42,447 bases of DNA, from contig NC_068989.1 in assembly GCF_001194135.2 (NCBI RefSeq), positions 75,469,132 through 75,511,578 on the forward strand, read 5' to 3'. The stretch comes from Octopus bimaculoides. Taxonomy: Eukaryota. This document shows positions 11,051 to 22,162 of the stretch, piece by piece. Under the pieces are notes generated by a model. That model searched no databases. It was not told where the DNA came from and worked only from the letters and a program-made list of their open reading frames with translations. Position 1 is the first letter of the stretch; every line of letters starts with the position of its first letter. Both the position numbers and the translations under genes were made by a program.

Positions 11051-11534
11051 CAACGTAGTTTGGCAAAAATATGGTAACAAAAGGGTTAAAGTGATCTGAA
11101 TGACAACTTTACATCAAAATTTCTTGTTAATTTATGTTCCGAACACCAGCTTAATGGCGACAGAGTTATTTTACTAATTTCTGCATAATTTTCAAAATCA
11201 ATTGAAACAAAGGCAGCGAATTTCAGCAGAAATATGATAACAAAAGGGATTAAGCATATGACTTTATTCACTTGGATAGGTTTCAAATGAAGAAAACAAA
11301 GCTGCTTGTACATATTAATTTGTTTTCAGATTATGCTTGAAAAGCTTTAAATGCAATAGCTGTCTTCACTGATAAAAAAATCTATGTTTTAACACTTGTG
11401 CGTTTTAACCCAAGGTGCCATGCAGTGGGATTGAACCCTAAAATCATGTGGTTGGAAAGCAAATTTCTTAACCTGATGGTCATACCTGCACCTATATAAA
11501 ACTAGTTATTAGTCAGTATTATATTGTAGCATAA

Positions 11535-11755
11535 AGGCAGTGAGCTGACAGAATCTTTAGCATGCCAGGCGATATGCTTAGTGGTATTTCACTCATCGCT
11601 ACGTTCTGAGTTCAAATTCTGCCGAGGTTGACTTTCCCTTTCATCCTATTAGGGTTGATAAATTAAGTACCAGTGAAATTCTGGGGTCAATGTAATCGAC
11701 TAGTCCCCTCCCCGCAAATACTTCAGGCTTTGTGTCTATAACAGAAAGGATTACA
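11535..11755 (+). mobile_element. SINE family C
   Basis: Same head and central block as 986-1432. Confidence 0.85.
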
Positions 11756-11917
11756 TTGTAGCACATGTGACTTACTAAATATCCTTTACTGTGTTTTTAA
11801 GGCCAAAAATGACCCTGATTTCATCTGATTTCTCCTCCCTTCTCCCATTTTCTTCTTTTGCTTTTGTAATTTGCATAGCTTTAGCAGTTGTTATATGGAA
11901 CACTTGAATTGGATAAA

Positions 11918-12078
11918 CAGGAGTGGCTGTGTGGTAAGTAGCTTGCTTACCAACCACATGGTTCCGGGTTCATTCCCACTGCGTGGTACCTTGGGCAATT
12001 GTCTTCTACTATAGCCTCGGGCCGACCAAAGCCTTGTGAATGGATTTGGTAGACGGAAACTGAAAGAAGCCTGTCGTA

Positions 12079-12158
<80 letters not shown>

Positions 12159-12384
12159 TGTATGTGTGTGTGTATGTGTTTGTCCTCCCCAACATCGCTT
12201 GACAACCGATGGTGGTGTGTTTACGTCCCCGTAACATTAGCGGTTCGGTAAAAGAGACTGATAGAATAAGTACTAGGCATCCAAAGAATAAGTCCTGGGG
12301 TCGGTTTTCTCGACTAAAAAGGCGGTGCTCCAGCATGGCTTCAGTCAAATGACTGAAACAAGTAAAAGAGAGTAAAAGAGTAAA
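11918..12384 (+). mobile_element. SINE family A, full length
   Basis: A/B-box-like head, ccttgggcaa block, (TA)n(TG)n core, agtaaaagag tail. Confidence 0.92.
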
Positions 12385-13357
12385 GGGCTGAACCTGAAAC
12401 TATGTGGTTGGGAAGCCAACTTCTTAACCACACAGCCATGGAAAGGAAAAAAAAAAACAGAAAATACAAACCAAAACAGAACCATGGTTTTCTTTGAAAC
12501 AGTGAACTGTGGTTGTACTTGGAAAGAATGAAAATAAACTAAATAGGATTCTACTCAATCTTGAATGATTTCCAAGTTCTTGGAACAATGGCTAAGATAT
12601 TCAGGTGCAAGTCAATTAAGAATTCATAAATAATTTATTCCAACTTTTGTTTCCTTATTCTAAAGATTTCCTTATTTTTCTTTATGTATTATATCTGATG
12701 TGGCCTGGTGGTTAGGCTGTTGCACTCACAATTGCTAGATAATGGGTTCAATTCCCACACCAAGTGGTGCAGTGGTGCATTCTGTTCTTGAGCAAACACT
12801 TCATTTCACATTGCTCCTGCACCCTGCTTTTGATCAGTGAGTGCAGGGCGGAATGTTAGCTTGCTTGCCTAGCCAGCAGGGCGAGATCATCTGAAGGCTA
12901 AAATGCTGCAAAGTTCATCGTGACTAGCGATGTGTGACAATATCCAATAGTTTGGTTGGTCATATGATTATGTGATTATATCTGATGTGAAGTCAATAAC
13001 TTGATAATACTGATTAGGCTGTTATTAATATTAGCCATATATGGAGTTGGTGGTAGTGGTGTATGCATTGGAGAACCGCTATAGTCATTTGACATACTAG
13101 AAATAACTGCTGAATGTCCCTCATGTTACACATCACAGTCTTAAATAAACTATACATTAAATCAGTGGTTTTTTTCATGGTAGAGGCTAGATCCCCTAAA
13201 AGTGTGGTTGTGAAAATTGAAAAGCAAATAAGCAAATTGCTGTTTTTAATGCAATTAGATGATGTTGAGCTTTTAGAAACTTATCCTACACCATGGAAAA
13301 GAAAGAAGAATCACATGGGTGCAAACTCAGTTTTGTTTTTCGTCATTATTAAAGGGT

Positions 13358-13585
13358 AGAAGGCAGTGAACTGGCAGAACTGTTAAGCATGCCAAACAAA
13401 ATGCTTAGTGGCATTTTGCCTGTCATCATGTTCTAAGTTCAAATTCTGCTGAGGTTGACTTTGCCTTTCATCCTTTCAGAGTTGATAAAATAAGTACCAG
13501 TTGAGCACTGGGTTGATGTAATTGACTACCCGTCCTCCCCGCAAATTGTTGGCCTTGTGCCAGAATTTCTAACCATTATTAAAGA
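13358..13585 (+). mobile_element. SINE family C
   Basis: Same head and central block. Confidence 0.85.
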
Positions 13586-13822
13586 AAGGTAGGGTCAGAA
13601 ATTTTCTGGTTTCTTGATTATGGTGGTGGTAGTGGCCTTGGTGGTGGATCTGGTCTTTGTCAGTTTCAGAACCACTGTATTAGATGATGTAGACATTAAA
13701 GATGTGATGGTGATAATTTGGAATACCTTTAATCGTAGTGAGGGTTGATTTAGTGTTAAACTACAAGAACAACAACAAAGCCTGATTGAGTATTCATAAT
13801 TTCTACATTCAGTTATGTTGAT

Positions 13823-14141
13823 TTATTTATTTATTTATGCGCCCTTTTTAAAGCTTAACCAGGCTCATGGGCCCGGTTTCCTGGTTTTTATGGCATATGT
13901 GTTCCCCTCCAGCTGGATGGGAAGCCAGTCCATCGCAGCTTTGCTCAAGAAACAGGAAGAAAGAGTCAGAGAAAGTTGGAGCGAAAGAGTACAACAGGGG
14001 TCGCCACCACCCCTTGTCAGAGCCTCGTGGAGCTTTTAGGTGTTTTTGCTCAATAAACACACACAATGCCTGGTCTGGGAATCAAAACCACAATCCTGCG
14101 ACTGCGAGTCCACTGCCCTAACCACTGGGTCATTGTGCCTC
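13823..14141 (-). mobile_element. tRNA-headed SINE family E with a 13-bp TSD
   Basis: CAGTTATGTTGAT at 13810-13822 and 14142-14154; (TAAA)n tail; tRNA-like head. Confidence 0.92.
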
Positions 14142-14665
14142 CAGTTATGTTGATAGAATAGATATTTTTACTTCAGTGTTGTGGATTCTGAAAAACAACA
14201 AGATAACCTTTTACCATTTTCAGTTTTTGTTAATGACAGCTATATCATATAAAAGTGGAGGTGCATAGCCTAGTGGTTGGGGTGTTGAACTTGTGATCAT
14301 AAGAGAAATGAAAACAGAGAATGTGGAAAAATTCTTTTTCAAATAGGGAAAAAGAAAGAGCTCTATTTGATTATTCTCTTTCTTCTGTTTGAAAAGGGAA
14401 ATTTTTCCTGAAATATTTTTGGATCATTAAGCAATCTATATAAGGTAATATTTTCCTTTTGTTTTTGATTTATTGACATCATCTTACATACTTTGTCTAA
14501 TGTCTCACCTGCATTACTCAAGAGTTTATATAATTTATATACATTGCACTGCTTCAAGCAAATTCCTTTTGAAATATCTTTTAAAAAATAAACATGTTCA
14601 AATACTTTTCATAAAGCTTACACCTTTCAAAATTCAGTGAGACAAAGTATTTATTTTTCTTACAG

Positions 14666-14816
14666 GTACTTCCTCCATGCTCGAGAAAATGGTAAACAGA
14701 CGCGACAAGAACTGGGTTCATTACGGCTCCGAATCTCATATACCTCTGATTATGTTTTCTCTTCCCACTACTACGATGAACTCAGGAATTTATTGTTGAA
14801 TTCAGAAAGTTGTACT
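14666..14816 (+). CDS. RASA3: RASA3-like exon (C2B end)
   Basis: cttacag| YFLHARENGKQTRQELGSLRLRISYTSDYVFSSHYYDELRNLLLNSESCT |gtaagt; phase 2 to 0. Confidence 0.95.
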
Positions 14817-14879
14817 GTAAGTTAATCAATTAATATTGTGATTGCTAATTTCTTAAAGAGTGGTGGATATATTTTTATT

Positions 14880-15253
14880 ATTAGGGCAGCAGACTCGTGG
14901 TCATAGGATCGCAGTTTCGATTCCCAGACCGGGGGGTTGTGAGTGTTTATTAAGCGAAAACACCTAAAAGCTCCACAAGGCTCCGGCAGGGGATGGTGAC
15001 GAACCCTACTGTACTCTTTCACCACAACTTTCTCCCACTCTTACTTCCTGTTTCTGTTGTGCCTGTAATTCAAAGGGTCAGCCTTGTCACACACTGTGTC
15101 ACGCTGAATATCCCCAAGAACTACGTTAAGGGTACACGTGTCTGTGGAGTGCTCAGCCACTTGCATGTTAATTTCACGAGCAGGCTGTTCTGTAGATCGG
15201 ATCAACTGGAACCCTTGATGTCGTAAGCGACGGAGTGCCAACAACAACAACAA
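14880..15253 (+). mobile_element. SINE family E head with a different 3' half and a (CAA)n tail
   Basis: First 170 nt or so homologous to 13960-14130; diverges after cttcctgtttc. Confidence 0.85.
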
Positions 15254-15327
15254 TTGTTAAATGAAGTTTAAACAGTTTGCTTTTAAGTCTCAACATAATC
15301 ACCGTTTCCTTGTCTTTATAATTGCAG

Positions 15328-15476
15328 CCAATAACATCATCAGCAGCCTTTATTTTGGGGGAAATTGTTGAAAATCCACAAAATGCAGCTCAACCTCTGA
15401 TGAAAGTTTTTTTACACTATGGAAAATTAGTGCCTTTAATTAAAGCTTTAGCTGAAAATGAACTTTCCAAAACCTC
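15328..15476 (+). CDS. RASA3: RASA3-like exon (RasGAP start)
   Basis: attgcag| PITSSAAFILGEIVENPQNAAQPLMKVFLHYGKLVPLIKALAENELSKT(S) |gtgagt; phase 0 to 2. Confidence 0.95.
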
Positions 15477-15637
15477 GTGAGTAATTCATTTTTATGTAAT
15501 AAAGGAAGTTTTCAGTTTTACATGTAAATGATAGAAAGATACTGAATATAATGAATATAAATAAATTTCATTGTTGAATGTGAAAAATGTTAGTTGAGTG
15601 ATATGATCTGATTTATTTGAATGATTGTAAAATAGTA

Positions 15638-15869
15638 TTAACTCTTTTGGTATTAATCCACCTGAGACTGTCCTTGGTTCTGTGATAGAAACTTCTTGTT
15701 TAAAGCAACCTAGATTTAAGCCTTTCATAAAAATTTCATGTTAATCTATGTTCCAAATACCAGCTGAATAATGAATGACAGGTTATTTTATTAAATTTGC
15801 CATCGTTTTCAAAATTAATTGAAAGAAAGGCAATGCATTTCTAGAGAGGTATAGTGACAAAAGGGTTAA
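15638..15869 (+). mobile_element. TTAA-flanked MITE family 1 (piggyBac-like ends)
   Basis: TTAActctttt...aaaagggTTAA; no ORF; homologous copies elsewhere in the window. Confidence 0.8.
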
Positions 15870-15973
15870 AAGTGATTGAAAAAAGAAAAAGCAAAAGCCA
15901 CAACAATGCAGTTACAAATAAAACAGTAAGAATAAATACTTATACTATATTTATTTCAATATTTTGGCTATGA

Positions 15974-16429
15974 AAGGCCTTAGGGATCTCTTCAGTTTAA
16001 CTCACAGATTTTTAAAATTATTTTTTTTAAACTAAACAGTTTGAAACTTCGTATACTGGTGTAATTTCTTACTCTGAACATAGTTTACTTTCAACATTTT
16101 TGACCAAATTTCGTATTTTAGAAGTTATTTTTCAACTATGTATAGATTATTAAAAGTAGAGATGACCTGCAAGTTGCTGCTCTTTGATTACTACCGCAAA
16201 CAGCAGTAGGTTTATTCAGCTGAATACATGATGTTGGTAGGTTAAAATTACCCAAATACGACAACTTTGACATGAAATAACTTCTAAAATATGAAATTTG
16301 GTCAAAAGTGTTGAAAGTAAACCATGTTCAGTGTGAGAAATTTCACCAGTATACGAAGTTTCAAACAGTTTAGTTAAAAAAAAAAAATACTAAAAAATAT
16401 CTGAGCCAAACTGAAGAGATCTGGCCTTA
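15974..16429. mobile_element. Foldback element / MITE with about 160-bp terminal inverted repeats
   Basis: 15974-16134 is the reverse complement of 16273-16428 (e.g. tttgaaacttcgtatactggtg / caccagtatacgaagtttcaaa); spacer about 138 bp. Confidence 0.9.
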
Positions 16430-16925
16430 GTCATGAATGCTTTTTTGTCATGTCTAAATAGGTGAGTTGGTAGAGCGGTATGACATATTGGTGGTATCAA
16501 GTCATCTAACAAGTATTATACCAATGCTGTTGGTTGTTAAAAGTGGGTTTTTCTTCAGATCACCAATGTTGTTATCTATGGCTTTGATGGTGTCTTTGCT
16601 TAAGGCATTTTTCAGGTGGTTTTTAACCAGTGGAGTGTTTGCTTGCTTGCAAAAGAGTACAGCCATACAAATAAATACCTTGTGTAGCTGTGTAGATGGT
16701 ACCGTAATGTGTAAAATTTGCTTTGTTTAACACACCTACATTACATCATCGCTCTTTTCACATCTAATTTTCCATGTTCGCATGGGTTAGACACAATTCA
16801 ATAAGGCAGGTTTTACTATGGTCAGATGCCCTTCTTGTCATCATCTTTTATCCAAGTAAGATAATATTTCCCTATGGCTGGACATGTTTCCATGGAAGAT
16901 TGGAAATAAAGGATACCCCTATATG

Positions 16926-17030
16926 AGTACTAGTTTTACTATGCATGCGCACTCGAGGGGCTTCCGGAAAGGCAAGTCCCTTGCGCATGTGCAGATAGTA
17001 CTTCCTCAATGGCGGCTATAATTTCGCGCT
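16926..17030. promoter_or_regulatory. Candidate intronic promoter/enhancer motif cluster
   Basis: GCATGCGCA and TGCGCATGTGCA (NRF1-like), TTCCGGAA (ETS-like), AATGGCGGC (YY1-like), TTTCGCGC (E2F-like) within 105 bp. Confidence 0.35.
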
Positions 17031-17596
17031 ACTACACATCTACTAAATCCTGGTCAGCCAGGGTCTATTACTCTATTATGCTATTATTATAGATGCTTTT
17101 GTGAAGGTGCCATTCAGTGAGACTGGGTATGAAACCACATGGTTGTGAAGCAAGCTTCTCAAACACACAACCATGTCTGTGCACATGAGATATATCATAA
17201 CTCTATGAGATATGTCACGTAAGCCAGCTAACAAATGAATACATTTTTAATAGAACAATTATTGTTACTTGACAAGAGGGAAGGAAGTTATTGGTGCTTA
17301 ACTACTGTGTCACTTTTCATTGCTTACCTCACACCCTTCCTCCGAACCTGTCTGTGGCTTTGTTGTAAGTAAACAATAATATCTGAGGTTATTTCTCTCT
17401 TAAGTGCATATACTATACAATAAAACACACTCATGTATTATGATGTCACTGGCTCTGACACTTTTTGTTCTTGTCTTTATGCAGTGCAGTGATCACTGCA
17501 TGCATTTGTTTTATGTGGTTTTAAATAAAAATATCAAAATAACAAGAAACAAAAAAGACAAAAAAAAGCAACAACCATGGGAATATTTTTTTCTGT

Positions 17597-17733
17597 TTGA
17601 AAACTGCTTCCCAACCACATGGCTTCAAGTTCAGTACTACCGTGTAAGATCTTGAGCAAGTGTCTTCTAATATAACCTTGGACTGGTCAAAACCTTGTGT
17701 GTGGGTTTGGTAGATGGAAACTGAAAGAAGCCT

Positions 17734-17779
<46 letters not shown>

Positions 17780-17975
17780 TTTGTCTTTGAATTTGTCCTT
17801 TGCCACTGCTTGACAACTGGTGTTGGTTTGTTTATGTCTTTGTAACTTGGCAGTTCAGCAAAAGAGAACAAGAGAATAAGTACCAGACTTTAAAGAAAAG
17901 AAAATTGGGGGTGATTTGTTTTTCTAAACTCTTCAAGGCAGTGCACCCACATGACCACAGACCAGTGACCGAAAC
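17597..17975 (+). mobile_element. SINE family A (older), abutting a family B copy
   Basis: Same blocks with a (TG)n core. Confidence 0.8.
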
Positions 17976-18350
17976 ATCGTCATCATCATCATCATCATTT
18001 AATATCCATTGTCCATGCTGGCATGGGTTGGACAGTTTGACTGGGCTGGCCTGCTGGAAGGCTGTGCCAGGCTCCAGTCTGATTTGGCATGGTCTTCTAT
18101 AGCCGGATGCCCTTCCTAACGCCAACTACTTCAAGAGTATAATGAGTGCTTTTATGTGCTACTGGCACAGGTGCCATTTGCATGACACCTGTATCTGCCA
18201 CTGCTGCTGTTTTGCTTGGCTTGATGGGTCTTCTTCTCAAGCACGACATAATGCCAAAGGTCTTGGTCATTGCCTCTGTGAGACCCAACTCTTGAAAGGA
18301 ACTCGACCACTTTGCCTCCATGAGGCCCAGCGCTCGAAAGGAACTCCGCC
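17975..18350 (-). mobile_element. Family B retroposon
   Basis: (cat)n tail, ccatgctggcatgggttggac, gcccttcctaacgccaac. Confidence 0.82.
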
Positions 18351-19522
18351 ATGTAGAATATATCTGCTATCCTGTTTGTAATAAATATATTATCATTTTC
18401 ATAATTTTTATGCTTGTTTTATCGATGCTAGCATAGGTTAGATGAGACTTGTTGAAGTGAGTTTTTTTGAGGCTGGACACTTTCTCTGTTGCCAGCCCTT
18501 ACTTGTTTCTCAAGTAAGGTGTTTTCAGAATATTCTGTTCCACTGGTCCTCACATGTTGAAATTCAAGTGATGCTGTTAAACAACAGAGATTTTGTTTAT
18601 TGGGGAATGCTAATGATGTCATTGTTTTCATTTGCTCAAACAGTGTTAATGAAGATACATGTAATCAATATTTCTCTCCCCCACCACCCTCTAAACACAC
18701 ACACATTGATAAATGTTGACAGTATGGGAAGAGTGTCTTTCATGCATGAATAACTACTAGTCTACCACGAAAAATAAACCAACACCTGTCTTAGGCCTTC
18801 TTATAGAAATATATATAGATATATGGCTATGTCTGACAGACAAAAGTCCTAGATAGATAAATAATGATTTTTAACATAGGCACTAGGACAGAAATTAGTG
18901 AGGGCATGGGTCTGTGGTTAAGAAGTTCATTTCCTAACCATGTGGTTGTGGGTTCAATTCTAGTGACACCTTAAGCAAGCGTTTTCCATAATATACCTAG
19001 GTTGACCAAAACCTTGTGAGTGGGTTTGAAAAATGGAAACTGAAAGAAACCCATCATATATATATATTTGTGTATGAGTGAGAGTTTGTGTGAGTGAATT
19101 TGTATTTCCTTTCCCTACTTGTATGTTCGCTCATTGGTTGTAAGCAATGGATTTGCTGTTGTTTGCTTGTGGTCCATTGCAAAAGCAGATCTAAGCTTCT
19201 TGGCTTGTCTTGACATGTTGCACAATTTTTGTTAGCAAAAAGCTCATTCATATAGTGTCATTTATTTCCAGTTCTCTATGTAAACATGTCTGCACAATTT
19301 GCCTGATAGACTGGGAGATTGTATCCTCACTTGGACACAAGCAGAGTCTCTAGATCAGTGGTTCTCAATCGGGGTCCATATGGCCCTTGTGGGGCGGTGG
19401 GGTCCATATGAGATTTTGTTGTTAAAATTTACATGCAATAAATACATGGCCTTGCTTTTACAATACACAAAATGTTTTAATGTTTTTTTTAATACAGTTT
19501 TTAATAATATTTACTAATATTA

Positions 19523-19915
19523 GGCATAGGAGCGGCTGTGTGGTAATTAGCTTGCTTATGAACCACATGCTTCCGGGTTCAGTCCCACTGCGTGGCACTT
19601 TGGGCAAGTGTCTTCTACTATAGCCTCGGGCTCACCAAAGCCTTGTGAGTGGATTTGGTAGATGGAAACTGAAAGAAGCCTGTTGTATATATGCATGTGT
19701 GTATATGTTTGTGTGTCTGTGTTTGCCTCAACATTGCTTGACAACTGATGCTGGTGTGTTTACGTCCCTGTAACTTAGTGGTTCGGCAAAAGAGACTAAT
19801 AGTATAAGTACTAGGCTTCCAAATAATAAGTCCTGGGGTCAATTTGCTCGACTAAAAGCGGTGCTCCAGCATGGCCACAGTCAAATGACTAAAACAAGTA
19901 AAAGAGTAAAAAAGT
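19523..19915 (+). mobile_element. SINE family A, full length
   Basis: Same blocks. Confidence 0.9.
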
Positions 19916-20442
19916 AATAGAAATGATAGGAGTTTTTAGACATCAAATGGCTGTCTATAAGGTTCCCACCCTCTGAGTAAAATAGCAACCAAAGGGGTCT
20001 GTAGGCAAAAAATGGTTGAGAATCACTGCAGTTGACAGAAAGGACATTTGGCTATGGAAAATTATGCCCCAACATACTAATGTAACCTTGAAAAATTGAC
20101 ATTAAAACAACAATGTGTATGATGTTGATTTAGTCAATTTGATTCCGGTACTTGGCTGCTACTTGAGTTTTATCAATGTAGATGTAAATGCTTTGTTTTT
20201 CATTTTATAAATGGTTTATCTCTAATGATGTTGCTAACTGGCCCAAAAATGTTATAATATGAACAAAGAGGGTACTTGAAATATCTTTCCTGGTGTGTAG
20301 GAAATTCATTGTTATCACTGTTAAATTTATGTTTATTTATTCATTCATTCATTTATTTTTTTTAAAAGCTTTTGTTTTCAGTTCCAGTGTTTTTTTCCAC
20401 TTCTAAATTAGTGCAATATTATTTTTGTTTATTCTTTTGCAG

Positions 20443-20557
20443 TGACCCCAACACCATATTTCGGGGTAATACTCTAGTCACTAAATTAATTGATGAGTTA
20501 ATGAAGCTAGTCGGATTACCATATTTACAAGACACAATAAAGTCAATAATTGATGAG
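20443..20557 (+). CDS. RASA3: RASA3-like exon (arginine finger)
   Basis: ttttgcag| [38 protein letters not shown] |gtaagg; phase 2 to 0. Confidence 0.96.
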
Positions 20558-20697
20558 GTAAGGACTTTTAATCAGAAAGCAGCCTTAGAAAAGTGCAGTT
20601 TGCTGTTATTTTTTTTTTTTTGGAATATCTCTTCCTGGTGCAAGTTTTGTTTTTTGATTTAAAAAAAAAATTTTTTTTTTCACATTTTAGAAATTAA

Positions 20698-21060
20698 AAT
20701 CCAACAGTGAAACCTATATTCACATTCATGTGTGCTGGAATGTGTTAAGAATAAAGATGCCCATCATTTTGATTCTCACCCTTTTGCATGCTCATGATAA
20801 TTAATTATCAACTCACCAAACTTTAACATACATCTGCAAATACTTTGTTAGCTGAATGCTATAAAGAAGAATGGTTGTTCTTGTTTAGCTTCAGATATCT
20901 AGGCAGTGTCTCTGACTGAGGAGGCACAATTATATCAAAACACACTGGTGTCTTAGAGTCTGCTGTGTATTGTCAATATGCATAACTCTAAAAGAAGTTA
21001 TTCTCTGTTATTCTCTGAAGATGGAATCCAACAGTGAAAAAAGCACATACACATCCAAGT
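20698..21060 (+). mobile_element. Retrozyme-like element F2, 327-nt unit with terminal redundancy
   Basis: AATCCAACAGTGAAA at 20698-20712 and again at 21025-21039, with weaker similarity for about 20 nt more; contains the hammerhead at 20902-20964 and several hairpins. Confidence 0.6.
20902..20964 (+). ncRNA. Degenerate type I hammerhead ribozyme motif (family F2), G12A
   Basis: GGCAG-TGT-CTCTGA CTGAGGA GGCAC-AATT-ATATC AAAA CAC-ACTG-GTG TC | TTAGAG-T-CTGCT. Stems I and III and the GUC triplet are well formed; stem II and G12 are decayed. Confidence 0.7.
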
Positions 21061-21253
21061 CTACTACAGTGGCTTGATGCTTGTGGCATCTCCAATTAAA
21101 ACCAGAAGATTTTTATAAAGGAATCATTTTTAGTTTGCTTTTATATAGATGTCTTCTCTATACTTGATACCAGCGTTTTGTTTTGTTTTTAACTGAATTC
21201 TTTAACAATCTCCGATGCATGTATCATAATCTGTGTACCTTTCCTATTTGTAG

Positions 21254-21328
21254 ATTTGTACAGATCACCGATCGTGTGAGATTGATCCAACCAAATTAAA
21301 GGATGGTGAAAACATTATCACAAACATG
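21254..21328 (+). CDS. RASA3: RASA3-like exon (RasGAP)
   Basis: tttgtag| ICTDHRSCEIDPTKLKDGENIITNM |gtaaaa; phase 0 to 0. Confidence 0.94.
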
Positions 21329-21385
21329 GTAAAAATCATCCTTCTTTCTTTTTTTTTTATCCCCCCCNNNNNNNNNNNNNNNNNN

Positions 21386-21604
21386 CCCTTCGACTGGCCC
21401 CTGTGCCGGTGGCACGTAAAAAGCACCCACTACGCTCTCGGAGTGGTTGGCGTTAGGAAGGGCATCCAGCTGTAGAAACCATGCCAAACCGGATTGGAGC
21501 CTGGTGCAGCCTACTGGCTTGCCAGTCCTCAGTTGAACCGTCCAACCCATCCCAACGTGGAAAACAGATGTTAAACAATGATGATGATGATGATGATGAT
21601 GATG
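21386..21604 (+). mobile_element. Family B retroposon, young
   Basis: gtgccggtggcacgtaaaaagcacccactac..gttaaacaat(gat)n. Confidence 0.88.
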
Positions 21605-22066
21605 TTAATATATCATTATTCAGCAATGCTTGTATGATGGTTAAAGTTTCTCCTCTTACATGGACCACATCACTAGTGTGTTACAATGACATTGCACTTA
21701 TCCTATCTCATAGGTTTCCTGTATCAACATCTCTAATTATACCACATGGTTTACATGTAGCACGTGTAGTAATGTACGTGTAGTGGTGCACATGTAGTGA
21801 TGTACCTACGTACATGCAGGCATGTTTGTAGATGAGATTGTCACCATTATCATTTAATGTCCACTTTCCATGCAAATGGAGAGTTAAAAAGTAGACACCA
21901 GTGGGATATAGATAAATATATAATTAAAACATCCTTTTTTGTTAAGTGAAAGGGTTACGATTCTGCGTACCAATTCACACTAGTGTACACACACTAGAGA
22001 CATATATACATATATATGTATATGAGTGTGTGTGTGAGCATGTGTATGCACACACAAACATGCACA

Positions 22067-22101
<35 letters not shown>

Positions 22102-22162
22102 ATTTATAAATAAATGTGCACAGATAATGGATATTTATACATTTTATTCTAGTTAGCTTACA

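Larger units (their letters stand above)
9975..11253 (+). mobile_element. Nested cluster of MITE1 segments, MITE2 (10170-10558), a 145-bp insert and SINE A
   Basis: See finding; MITE2 runs from TTAAccttttagcatttaaac to aaatgctaaaaagtt; a MITE2 end also occurs reversed at 8457-8518. Confidence 0.72.

Noticed and set aside
21016-21040. CTGAAGA..GAAA motif at the end of F2
   Set aside because: The TGG/CCA hairpin is separated from GAAA by five unpaired bases, and there is no stem III or cleavage triplet.
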